A stretch of DNA of 64,000 nt from Minisyncoccia bacterium (GTDB lineage Bacteria > Patescibacteriota > Minisyncoccia > Phycocordibacterales > UBA9973), in assembly GCA_965656375.1 (NCBI GenBank), contig CBFHKH010000001.1:345319-409318 (forward strand), written 5' to 3'. The notes beneath the pieces are model-generated. The model saw nothing but the letters and a program-made list of their open reading frames with translations, was not told where the DNA came from and did not search any database. The position numbers and the translations under genes are program-made. This document shows positions 1 to 8,539 of this stretch, piece by piece (the stretch's first letter is position 1; every line of letters starts with the position of its first letter).

Positions 1-58
1 ATGAGATCAGCCAGTTTGTAAAAGACCTGGTAGGCTAAAAATTCTGCCAAAATCAAGA

Positions 59-88
59 AAAACGAGTGCATGTGCATTCGTTTTTTAT
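59..88. terminator. GC-poor hairpin (AAAAACGAGTGCA..TGCATTCGTTTTTT) with a T-run, probably terminating a gene left of the window
   Basis: Inverted repeat plus T-run read directly from the sequence. Confidence 0.35.
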
Positions 89-114
89 TTTGGAATATCT
101 GTTAAAATGGAGAT

Positions 115-366
115 ATGACGAGAAAACAACCCTCTAAAAGTCAGATTCATACACTTCCAACAGATGTAAAGAAAGCACTCGCCTCTGTTAAAAATGCGCA
201 GGCAGTGTGGGATGATATCACTCCCCTTGCTCGCAATGAATGGATATGTTGGATTACCTCAGGAAAAAAAGAAGAGACAAGAACTATCCGTATCAAAAAA
301 GCACTTTCAAAACTTTCTAGCGGCATGCGCCGTCCATGCTGCTGGGCTGGATGTACTCATCGATAG
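115..366 (+). CDS. YdeI/OmpD-associated family protein (PF13376-like)
   Basis: 83-aa ORF with a C-terminal ARNEWICWITSGKKEETR motif typical of the family; GGAG ribosome-binding site 4 nt upstream of the ATG. Confidence 0.55.
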   Translation: MTRKQPSKSQIHTLPTDVKKALASVKNAQAVWDDITPLARNEWICWITSGKKEETRTIRIKKALSKLSSGMRRPCCWAGCTHR

Positions 367-397
367 GCGGAAAGTATTTCGCCTGCACGCACTTTTG

Positions 398-787
398 TTA
401 GTTCTCAACGATTGTCTTGAACCCACCGGAAGCAAATCGCTTCATATCAAATAGCATAGCCATAGTTGCATACTTTTTCTTGTTTTGGGGACTGTCCATT
501 TCTTTCATAACCTTCTTATTTACTTCGTCTCTATGCTTTTTAGATTTATAGACAATCCAAGAGAAAACAACTGTTTCATCTTTCGCAAGCTTTGCAAGTT
601 TTTCAAAACCTTGTCCTCCCATTCCTTTCATTTGTAAATCATCTCCAATACATTCAAAGTATTCAAGTGCTCCGTATTTCTTCCATGTCTTTGCACCCCA
701 CTGTGCCATTTTCTTATATGCTGCAACATTTTTTTTCTTAAGAGGAATTACAAATCCATCAACATATTTTTTACTATTTGTTTTCAT
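398..787 (-). CDS. DUF1428 family protein
   Basis: 129 aa; KYVDGFVIPLKKKNVAAYKKMA and the overall pattern match DUF1428. Confidence 0.55.
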   Translation of the reverse strand: MKTNSKKYVDGFVIPLKKKNVAAYKKMAQWGAKTWKKYGALEYFECIGDDLQMKGMGGQGFEKLAKLAKDETVVFSWIVYKSKKHRDEVNKKVMKEMDSPQNKKKYATMAMLFDMKRFASGGFKTIVEN

Positions 788-887
788 ATCCTATAGTATA
801 TCAAATATCATTTACACCGCTAAACCGATAGATTAATAACAATAATTATATATTGACAATCGATAAGAGATAGATTACGATAGAGAT

Positions 888-1337
888 ATGAAAAAATCCT
901 TAGTTATATTCCTTCAAAGTATTGTTGTATTAGTCGGTATCGTAGTATTAATCTTCATGTTATGGGAACCTCATATCGAAGGGAGAAATCTCCATGCTAC
1001 CCTCTTTGAAATCTACTTCAAAGATACATTTCTCATATACGCGTATTTTGCATCTATTCCTTTTTTTGTGGGACTCTACCAAACATTTAAAATTTTAAAA
1101 TTTACTAGACAGAATAAATTATTCTCATTAAAAGTCATCAAAGCGCTACGAAATATACAGTATTGTGCAGTAGCTACTATTTGTTTTGCTATAGCAGGAG
1201 AAAATATATTTATCTTATACAACAATTCTGATGATCGTGCAGGTGGAGTTTTCATGGGCTTCCTCATTTGCTTCATTTCACTGATTGTCGGACTAACAGC
1301 AGTAGGGTTTGAAAAGAAAGTTAAGAAGTCAATGTAA
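888..1337 (+). CDS. hypothetical membrane protein with 4 predicted TM helices (DUF2975-like)
   Basis: 149-aa hydrophobic ORF. Confidence 0.35.
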   Translation: MKKSLVIFLQSIVVLVGIVVLIFMLWEPHIEGRNLHATLFEIYFKDTFLIYAYFASIPFFVGLYQTFKILKFTRQNKLFSLKVIKALRNIQYCAVATICFAIAGENIFILYNNSDDRAGGVFMGFLICFISLIVGLTAVGFEKKVKKSM

Positions 1338-1368
1338 GAACCTTAACTTAATTTGATATAATGAACGC

Positions 1369-1770
1369 ATGAATAAAAATACACATTTAGTATATGTAAT
1401 TGCAGGCTTTCTCGTAGGGATTTTAATAACAATTATATTCTTCCATTATAAGAAAGTAGACACAATAGGATCAAATCCTACGGGTATCCACCAAATGCCT
1501 GATGGAACACTGATGAATGATGATGGAATGTCCATGTCATCTATGATGGATGGAATGATGGCCGGTTTAGAAGGTAAAACTGGTGACGAATTCGATAAAG
1601 CATTTCTTTCTGAAATGATTACGCATCACCAGGGAGCCGTAGAGATGGCAAAAGCTGTACTCAAAACATCAAAGCGACCTGAACTTATAAAACTCGCAAA
1701 CGATATTATTTCTGCTCAAACAAAAGAAATAGAAATGATGAAAGGTTGGCAAAAAATCTGGTTTAAATAA
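1369..1770 (+). CDS. DUF305 domain protein (metal-resistance associated)
   Basis: N-terminal TM segment; HHQGAVEMA and AQTKEIEMMKGW motifs of DUF305. Confidence 0.65.
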   Translation: MNKNTHLVYVIAGFLVGILITIIFFHYKKVDTIGSNPTGIHQMPDGTLMNDDGMSMSSMMDGMMAGLEGKTGDEFDKAFLSEMITHHQGAVEMAKAVLKTSKRPELIKLANDIISAQTKEIEMMKGWQKIWFK

Positions 1771-1803
1771 ATCAACTCTAAACACAAGATAAAGCCCTCA
1801 GAG

Positions 1804-2205
1804 TTATACTTTCTCAGTGATGCACACTTCCCCATTCGAATAACCTTCAACTACTTTGACTTCTTTATCTTCAAAGTATTCGATAGTATTTGAAGAGATT
1901 GCTTTTTCAAATAGAGTTTTTGAATATAGAGGAGGTGCTCCTTCTTTGCGAGAAATTGTTATATGAGGATATTTATTCTTTGATTTTGTGTTCTCAACGA
2001 GGAGATCATCTCCGAATTCATCATAGGCTCTCCCGATTATCTTTATACTGTGTTCTTTTCCTATCTCTACTCCATCTAAACTACTAGGTTCAAATTCGAT
2101 AGTGGAATGATGCCCAAAAATCTTCTCGTGTTTTGGAGGGAATCTTTTTAATAAATCTTCTATATTTTTTACAAATAGTCCTGTGAATTTTATCTTCTCT
2201 TGCAT
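1804..2205 (-). CDS. small 2H-phosphoesterase-like protein (LigT-like) with two H-x-T/S motifs
   Basis: GHHSTIEF and PHITIS motifs. Start placed at the ATG at 2203-2205, which lies directly downstream of an extended -10 element (TGGTATAAT); the longer alternative-start ORF in the track was rejected. Confidence 0.4.
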   Translation of the reverse strand: MQEKIKFTGLFVKNIEDLLKRFPPKHEKIFGHHSTIEFEPSSLDGVEIGKEHSIKIIGRAYDEFGDDLLVENTKSKNKYPHITISRKEGAPPLYSKTLFEKAISSNTIEYFEDKEVKVVEGYSNGEVCITEKV

Positions 2206-2223
2206 AAAAAAATTATACCATAG

Positions 2224-2247
2224 GTTCGAACTCCTAACTTTGGCAAC
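2224..2247. repeat. intergenic repeat family, copy 1 (GGTTCGAACTCCTAACTTTGGCAAC), overlapping the extended -10 promoter of the 2H-phosphoesterase-like gene
   Basis: 14-nt identity (CATAGGTTCGAACT) with the copy at 2971. Confidence 0.6.
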
Positions 2248-2280
2248 AAAAAATTGCCTTATAAATGAAGGATGAAAATT

Positions 2281-2311
2281 TTGCTCCAGACGTGGGAGGA
2301 GGTTCAGAAGA
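2281..2311. repeat. intergenic repeat family copy (TTGCTCCAGACGTGGGAGGAGGTTCAGAAGA), about 80% identical to the copy at 2673-2704; the two bracket the small membrane-protein gene
   Basis: Aligned by eye. Confidence 0.5.
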
Positions 2312-2314
2312 TTA

Positions 2315-2647
2315 TTATTTTCGAAACACGAGTATGAAGGATGATACGACAAGTGCCGCTATGCACGTGAGGAAGAGCCATGCGTTCTCGGCGCCATTGG
2401 CCCACCATGCTCCAACAATTATTACGGTTGCCCCGGCAAGAATACCAAATACTAGCTTAGGAATCTTAGATGATTGAACAGAAGTACGTACCTGGAAGAA
2501 AGAAAAAAGAATCATCCAAATACTAAACACGTAGAGCCAAGTGTCGTTACTCTCGCTACCTTTGGTTAACCATGCCGCACCTACTATGATAAGCGCACCA
2601 ATAATTGAAAAGACAATTATTCCAGATTGATTGCGTAATGAAGTCAT
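2315..2647 (-). CDS. small integral membrane protein with 3 TM segments
   Basis: 110-aa hydrophobic ORF with its own extended -10 element; bracketed by two copies of the roughly 32-bp intergenic repeat. Confidence 0.4.
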   Translation of the reverse strand: MTSLRNQSGIIVFSIIGALIIVGAAWLTKGSESNDTWLYVFSIWMILFSFFQVRTSVQSSKIPKLVFGILAGATVIIVGAWWANGAENAWLFLTCIAALVVSSFILVFRK

Positions 2648-2672
2648 GTTTTAATTCTACCATAACTATTCT

Positions 2673-2704
2673 TGGCTCCGAACTTGGGACGAGGTTCGAA
2701 GAAC
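2673..2704. repeat. intergenic repeat family copy (TTGGCTCCGAACTTGGGACGAGGTTCGAAGAAC)
   Basis: Reverse complement GTTCTTCGAACCTCGTCCCAAGTTCGGAGCC matches the consensus GTTCnAACTTCGTCCCAGACGGAAAG. Confidence 0.5.
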
Positions 2705-2727
2705 TTTATTAGATATAAGCTAGTAAT

Positions 2728-2955
2728 TTATCTTCCAATAAATAAATCAGCCACATTCTCAATTCCTGATGTTGTTGTTTTATATAGTTCTGTATAGCCA
2801 CATTGCATACAAGAAACAGTAACAAATTTATTAGTTTGGAGATTGAAGACTTTAGTCAAGAAACCTCCTGTTGTTGAAATTTTATCTAAGATATAAGTTG
2901 TATTCCCGCATTTAACACAAATGAAAGATTTCTTCTCATTAGTAGTATTCTCCAT
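2728..2955 (-). CDS. Zn-ribbon nucleic-acid-binding protein (DUF2082-like, two CxxC pairs)
   Basis: CVKCGNT...CMQCGY. ATG at 2953-2955 follows an extended -10 element (TGTTATAGT). Confidence 0.5.
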   Translation of the reverse strand: MENTTNEKKSFICVKCGNTTYILDKISTTGGFLTKVFNLQTNKFVTVSCMQCGYTELYKTTTSGIENVADLFIGR

Positions 2956-2973
2956 ATTGTAACTATAACATAG

Positions 2974-2996
2974 GTTCGAACTTGTATAAAGGTAGC
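2974..2996. repeat. intergenic repeat family copy (GGTTCGAACTTGTATAAAGGTAGC), adjacent to the extended -10 element of the Zn-ribbon gene
   Basis: See the copy at 2224. Confidence 0.6.
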
Positions 2997-3030
2997 AAAA
3001 ATATCCATTGAAAAATATGGTTAAAAGTTT

Positions 3031-3149
3031 TGCTCCTCGGGTAGGGTATCTCGGCTTACCGCCGCTGGTACTTTCTCGATTGCAAATCAATACGAGAAAG
3101 TCTTTCGATCCCTACACGAAAGCAAAGCAGTTTGCTTTCTCCGAGGAGC
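3031..3149 (-). ncRNA. E1: structured tRNA-flanked element. The terminal 9-bp helix GCUCCUCGG/CCGAGGAGC reuses the tRNA-Asn acceptor sequence, and there are two internal perfect hairpins
   Basis: Lies 50 nt 3' of tRNA-Asn. Its last 15 nt are identical to the tRNA-Asn 3' end. Homologous to E2 with compensatory helix changes. Confidence 0.45.
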
Positions 3150-3151
3150 TC

Positions 3152-3184
3152 AAAAAATCAAAGGCCACCATTTCTGGTGACCTA
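3152..3184 (-). terminator. intrinsic terminator of tRNA-Asn (AGGUCACCA-GAAA-UGGUGGCCU followed by a U-run)
   Basis: Hairpin with a GNRA loop followed by 6 U. Confidence 0.5.
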
Positions 3185-3197
3185 AGATTTTTGCGAG

Positions 3198-3269
3198 CTC
3201 CTCGGGTAGGGATCGAACCTACGACCAATCGATTAACAGTCGATTGCTCTACCGCTGAGCTACCGAGGA
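3198..3269 (-). tRNA. tRNA-Asn (anticodon GUU)
   Basis: Cloverleaf read by hand: acceptor TCCTCGG/CCGAGGA, anticodon loop CTGTTAA, T-arm GTAGG-TTCGATC-CCTAC. Confidence 0.9.
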
Positions 3270-3404
3270 ATACTGATATGTTCCCAGGAGAGATTGAACA
3301 CATTACGGTTACCTGGAAAACGAGTACAGTCTATCAAAAAACGACTCAAAATGCAAAAGAAAACCCTCCTTTAAAAAGAAGGGTTTTCTTGGGGATATTA
3401 GAGA

Positions 3405-3965
3405 TTAGTGACTTGCAACTGTATGAACATGATGTGCAGGCTTTCGTCCAAGCATACGAGCGATAATGATAATCACAAGTATCAGTAGTATTACCAGGAG
3501 CCACTGCCAAATAGAACTTGGCATAAATGAACCTGAACCATTTACAGAAAGTGCTGTGAGTTCACTTCTATTGTTAGTTGGGTAGAGGCTACCATATACC
3601 TGATTTTGTGGGACATTGTTTGAAGTGTTTACAGTACTATTTGTATTTGTTGTATTCGCACGTGCTACGGTACGTGTAGTTGTTGTACGATTCGTTGAAA
3701 CAGTCTTTGTAGGTGTCTGTGTTTGCGCAGGTGCTACAGTCTGAGTGTTATTAGTAGTGGTAACTGTGTTTGAATTCGTAGTTGTAGGCTGGACTGGAGT
3801 AGTGTACGCAGTAGAAACTGGAGTCGAAAATGTAGGATTGCTATTTACTGGACGCGGCTGCGGATCCCACACACCTGGTACATATGCTGATGCAGTTTGA
3901 AAACTCACAAGTAGTAATACTGCTGTTCCGGCTGCTATTAGGTTTTTGATTGTTTTATTATTCAT
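3405..3965 (-). CDS. secreted Thr/Asn-rich low-complexity protein with a C-terminal hydrophobic anchor
   Basis: Signal peptide MNNKTIKNLIAAGTAVLLLVSFQTASA, followed by a T/N/Q-rich region, then WQWLLVILLILVIIIIARMLGRK. Confidence 0.45.
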   Translation of the reverse strand: MNNKTIKNLIAAGTAVLLLVSFQTASAYVPGVWDPQPRPVNSNPTFSTPVSTAYTTPVQPTTTNSNTVTTTNNTQTVAPAQTQTPTKTVSTNRTTTTRTVARANTTNTNSTVNTSNNVPQNQVYGSLYPTNNRSELTALSVNGSGSFMPSSIWQWLLVILLILVIIIIARMLGRKPAHHVHTVASH

Positions 3966-4111
3966 ATGAGTATTATAGCATATAAATATACCTTTTGTCA
4001 AGTACCTGTATTCCCTCTTTAACCCTTATAAAATAAGATATAATATGAAAGTATAAATTCTCAAGCAAAAAGAGTATAATAAAAAACATTACACATAACA
4101 CGCACAAAACT

Positions 4112-5332
4112 ATGAATAATCCATTCCAAAACGCGATGCTCCAGCTTGATCGAGCAGTAAAAGTAAAGCCATTTAATGCTGAATTCCTATCAAGATTGCA
4201 CCAGCCAAATCGCGAAATCCGCATCTCTATACCAATCACCATGGATGATGGATCATTGAAAATTTTTGAAGGGTATCGTGTGCAATACAACAACGCACGC
4301 GGCCCATATAAAGGCGGTATACGCTATCATCAGGATACAGATATAAACGAGGTCAAAGCGCTCGCATTTTGGATGGCACTCAAATGCGCAGTTGCAAACA
4401 TTCCAATGGGTGGAGGCAAAGGCGGCATCACTGTAGATCCAAAGAAGCTTTCGAAGAGCGAACTTGAAAAACTTTCTCGCGGATGGATACAACTCATGGC
4501 TCCGGTTATTGGACCAGACGTTGATGTCCCCGCTCCTGATGTAAACACAACGGGTGAAATCATGGCATGGATGGTAGATGAATACTCAAAAATTACAGGC
4601 GACAAAACAAATGCTGTGATAACCGGAAAGCCGATCGAGGTTGGCGGCTCAGAAGGCCGAGGTCCGGCTACTGGACTTGGAGGATTTTATGTATTTGACT
4701 CTATCCGCCAAAAAATAGCTCTTCCCGACTCTTGTCGAGTAGTTATTCAAGGATTTGGTAATGTGGGCGGTAATGCTGCAGAAATCCTATCAAAGAACGG
4801 ACATACAATCATCGCACTCTCTGACTCGAAAGGAGCAATTCTAAAGGAAGATGGGATCGATATTGCTGAGCTAAACGAATATAAAAAGGAGCATGGCCAA
4901 ATCGGCGGCTTTCCAGGATCTACAATGATCACAAACGAAGCACTTCTTCTCCTTGAATGCGATGTGCTCATTCCTGCAGCACTCGAGAACCAAATCACAG
5001 AAGAAAATGCAAATAATATAAAAGCAAAGCTTGTGCTTGAACTTGCAAACGGCCCTACAACTCCAGAAGCAGATGACATACTCTTCGATCGCGGCATTCC
5101 TGTTATTCCTGATATTCTTGCGAATGCCGGTGGAGTTACTGTTTCTACATTTGAATGGGAGCAAAATAGAAAAGGTGAACATTGGAGCGAAGCTGAAGTA
5201 TTTCAAAAACTAAAGAAAATAATGGATGAGGAAACTGACATGATATTCAACCGCTCTAAAGAATTGGGTACGGATATCCGAAGAGCAGCTTTTGTTGTCG
5301 CACTCGAGCGTATTGAACAAGCAACAAAATAA
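4112..5332 (+). CDS. gdhA: NAD(P)-dependent glutamate dehydrogenase (Glu/Leu/Phe/Val dehydrogenase family)
   Basis: GGIRYH...MALKCAVANIPMGGGKGG motifs; 406 aa. Confidence 0.9.
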   Translation: MNNPFQNAMLQLDRAVKVKPFNAEFLSRLHQPNREIRISIPITMDDGSLKIFEGYRVQYNNARGPYKGGIRYHQDTDINEVKALAFWMALKCAVANIPMGGGKGGITVDPKKLSKSELEKLSRGWIQLMAPVIGPDVDVPAPDVNTTGEIMAWMVDEYSKITGDKTNAVITGKPIEVGGSEGRGPATGLGGFYVFDSIRQKIALPDSCRVVIQGFGNVGGNAAEILSKNGHTIIALSDSKGAILKEDGIDIAELNEYKKEHGQIGGFPGSTMITNEALLLLECDVLIPAALENQITEENANNIKAKLVLELANGPTTPEADDILFDRGIPVIPDILANAGGVTVSTFEWEQNRKGEHWSEAEVFQKLKKIMDEETDMIFNRSKELGTDIRRAAFVVALERIEQATK

Positions 5333-5339
5333 ATATTCT

Positions 5340-7898
5340 ATGCCACGAATAACACAAAAAAAGAATATTCGGCTTGTTCCCCATGTGCGACCAGAGCGAT
5401 ATACCCTCACCATCAAGCCTGACCTCGAAGCATTTATATTTGAAGGTAAAGAAATCATATCGATAATCTTGGATAAGTCACTCCGTGCGATCACACTTCA
5501 CTCAAAAGATATCAAGATCCATACCGTAGAAATACACTCTGGTAAAGAAAGTCAGTTTGCAACAAAGATCACATATGACACTAAAAATGAAACTGCCACA
5601 TTCACTTTCAAACAACCCATCAAAAAAGGAAAAGCGAAGCTTTCACTTGTCTTTGAAGGAATCATAAGTGATACTCTTCGCGGGTTCTACCGGAGTCGAT
5701 ATACAATCGAAGGAAAAACTCGCCATTTGGCAACAACGCAATTTGAAGCAACAGATGCAAGGCGTGCATTTCCATGCTTTGATGAACCTGCGCAAAAAGC
5801 AATTTTCGACGTATCACTTATCGTTCCTGGTGATCATACTGCAATATCGAATACCCTGCCGACTCGTATACGCGAGCATGAAGGTGGATATAAGGTTATT
5901 GAATTTGCATCCACTCCTCGAATGTCCACATATCTACTCGCATTTATCATCGGCGAGTTTGAATACGTCGAAGGATATACAAAAGACAAAGTCCAGGTAC
6001 GGGTGTTCACAACGATAGGAAAGAAGCACCAGGCACAATTCGCACTCGACGTCGCAATTAAATCACTTGAATTCTATAACGAATATTTCAATATTCCCTA
6101 TCCACTTCCTGTACTCGATATGATTGCAATTCCAGACTTTGAGTCGGGAGCCATGGAGAACTGGGGCGCGATCACCTATCGAGAAACAGCTCTCTTAGTA
6201 GACAAGAATAATTCTTCCCTTTCCAACAAGCAGTGGGTAGCTGTCGTCGTTGCCCATGAGATCGCTCACCAATGGTTTGGTAACCTTGTGACTATGGAAT
6301 GGTGGACGGATCTGTGGCTCAATGAAGGATTTGCATCATATATGGAGAATCTCTGCACCGATCATATATTCCCCGAGTGGCGTATGTGGGATTTATACCT
6401 AGCCGATCGATATGCAGTAGCCCTACGCCTCGACGCACTTGCAAATTCGCATCCTATAGAAGTTACGGTACATCATCCAAATGAAATAAGTGAGATATTT
6501 GATATGGTCTCATATGCAAAAGGCTCTGCAGTGATACGCATGATTGCAGAATATGTAGGAGCGGAAAAATTCCGTGATGGATTACGTCACTATTTAAAAA
6601 AACATAGTTACAAAAATACAGTGACAACTGACCTCTGGCATTCATTTGAGAAAGCAAGCGGTAAACCTGTGAAAAAAATGATGGAATCATGGACAAAGAA
6701 AACTGGCTACCCGCTCGTTACGCTTTTACGTGGTAAAAATGGGTACAGCGCAAAGCAAGAACGGTTCTTTTCAAGCAGAATTTCTGCAAAAAAAAGTACG
6801 ACAACTACCGTATGGCAAATTCCATTCAAATATGAAAGTGATGCAGGATCCCACACTGTTCTTGCTACAGGAAAGTCTATCTCGCTCACAGGTAATTCAA
6901 TCGGAAAAATAAACCTAAACGAGGGTTCATTTATGCGAACTCGCTACGATTCAGCCACTCTTGAACATCTGAAAAGTAAGGTACTAAAAAATACTCTTGA
7001 TGTAAAAGACAGACTTGGGCTCATACGTGATTTATTCGCCCTCGCAGAAGGTGGCTATATTAAAGTAGTTGATGCCCTAGAATTCTCACGTGCATATAAA
7101 AATGAAAAGGAATATATCGTCTGGTCTGAGATCGCAAGTGGTATACAAAGAATCTACAACCTCATTTCTGACGAACCATTTACGGATACCTATAGAGCAT
7201 ACGCGCGTTCACTCTTCACACCACTTGCAGAACGTATGACCTTTGAAAAGAAAAAGGGTGAAGATCACTCAGATACATTTCTTCGTTCACTGGCACTTTC
7301 ACAAGCCGCATTCTATGGCGATGAGCGAGTAATTAAAAAAGCGCGCTCACTCTTTACAAAAATGAAGTCTCACCCAATACCTGCTGATATACGAAGCGTC
7401 GTATATACGATCGTCGCCCAAAATGGTGGAAAAAAAGAATATAATGCATTCATGAATCTATTTTTAAATGAAGAACTTCATGAAGAAAAAGATCGCTATG
7501 GTCGCGCACTCACTTCATTTAGAGATAAAACACTCCTTGCTCGAACGCTTATGTTTGCTCTCTCAAAGGATGTACGCACTCAAGATGCACCATATATGCT
7601 TGCTGCTGTATGGCAAAATACCACTGGACGAGATCTCGCATGGAAATTCATACAGCACAACTGGAAAATAATTCTTGCTCGTTATGGCGAGGGAGGATTT
7701 ATTTCGCGAATGCTTACTCCGCTCGGTAGTCATACCAAAACAAATGATGCAGTATATGCAAAGAAATTCTTTTCAAAAAATCTTGCCCCGGGAGCAGAAC
7801 GTACACTCGAACAAGCCTACGAACGAATTTTATCTAATGCGTTGTGGCTGAAAACTGACAAAACAAGTATTAAAAACTGGCTTCATAACAACTACTAA
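5340..7898 (+). CDS. pepN: aminopeptidase N (M1 family)
   Basis: GAMENWG, HEIAHQWFGN and WLNEGFASY motifs. The ATG at 5340 (MPRITQ) is preferred over the upstream TTG in the track. Confidence 0.9.
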   Translation: MPRITQKKNIRLVPHVRPERYTLTIKPDLEAFIFEGKEIISIILDKSLRAITLHSKDIKIHTVEIHSGKESQFATKITYDTKNETATFTFKQPIKKGKAKLSLVFEGIISDTLRGFYRSRYTIEGKTRHLATTQFEATDARRAFPCFDEPAQKAIFDVSLIVPGDHTAISNTLPTRIREHEGGYKVIEFASTPRMSTYLLAFIIGEFEYVEGYTKDKVQVRVFTTIGKKHQAQFALDVAIKSLEFYNEYFNIPYPLPVLDMIAIPDFESGAMENWGAITYRETALLVDKNNSSLSNKQWVAVVVAHEIAHQWFGNLVTMEWWTDLWLNEGFASYMENLCTDHIFPEWRMWDLYLADRYAVALRLDALANSHPIEVTVHHPNEISEIFDMVSYAKGSAVIRMIAEYVGAEKFRDGLRHYLKKHSYKNTVTTDLWHSFEKASGKPVKKMMESWTKKTGYPLVTLLRGKNGYSAKQERFFSSRISAKKSTTTTVWQIPFKYESDAGSHTVLATGKSISLTGNSIGKINLNEGSFMRTRYDSATLEHLKSKVLKNTLDVKDRLGLIRDLFALAEGGYIKVVDALEFSRAYKNEKEYIVWSEIASGIQRIYNLISDEPFTDTYRAYARSLFTPLAERMTFEKKKGEDHSDTFLRSLALSQAAFYGDERVIKKARSLFTKMKSHPIPADIRSVVYTIVAQNGGKKEYNAFMNLFLNEELHEEKDRYGRALTSFRDKTLLARTLMFALSKDVRTQDAPYMLAAVWQNTTGRDLAWKFIQHNWKIILARYGEGGFISRMLTPLGSHTKTNDAVYAKKFFSKNLAPGAERTLEQAYERILSNALWLKTDKTSIKNWLHNNY

Positions 7899-8503
7899 CT
7901 ATTCTTAAGAAAAGTTTTCCTATGAAGCACTGTCTCTCCGTACTTCTTGAGCGCATCATAATGCGCCTTTGTACCATATCCCATATGTTTTTCAAATCCA
8001 TATTCTCTATACTCTTCTCCATATTTTGTCATGAGCGTATCGCGAGAAACTTTTGCTATAATTGAAGCACACGAAATGACAGGATGAAGCTCATCACCTT
8101 TGATGATAGTTTCTTGAAAGATAAATTCCTGAGGTGCTTTTAATCCCCCATCTAAATAGACAAAGACTTCCGTAGGATTCGATACCACTTTTTTTAAAGA
8201 TGATTCTAGCGCTTTATTGATAGATCTGACAATCCCAACTTTATCTATCCATTCTGCAGATACAAGTGATACCGCAAAATCACAATTTCCTTTCCTTTTT
8301 TCCTCATTCAAAAATCGAAACCATGTTTCTCGTTGTTTTTTTGTAAGTTTTTTAGAGTCGCGAAGCGGAGTGTTAATAGAAATCACATCGAAAAAATCGG
8401 ACTTGCATTTAAATGAGCAGACCGCCACTGGCCCTGCAATTGGACCTCTTCCTACTTCATCGATTCCCACTCTATATGTGCCATTTTTAGCCTCTTTGTC
8501 CAT
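7895..8503 (-). CDS. rnhB: ribonuclease HII
   Basis: GIDEVGRGPIAGPVAV and DSKKL motifs. Confidence 0.9.
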   Translation of the reverse strand: MDKEAKNGTYRVGIDEVGRGPIAGPVAVCSFKCKSDFFDVISINTPLRDSKKLTKKQRETWFRFLNEEKRKGNCDFAVSLVSAEWIDKVGIVRSINKALESSLKKVVSNPTEVFVYLDGGLKAPQEFIFQETIIKGDELHPVISCASIIAKVSRDTLMTKYGEEYREYGFEKHMGYGTKAHYDALKKYGETVLHRKTFLKNS

Positions 8504-8539
8504 ATAGAGCTATAATACCTCATTTGCTATACTAGTGGA

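Noticed and set aside
3008-3466. 152-aa plus-strand ORF from the track
   Set aside because: It overlaps tRNA-Asn, its terminator and E1, and has no ribosome-binding site. It is a read-through artefact.
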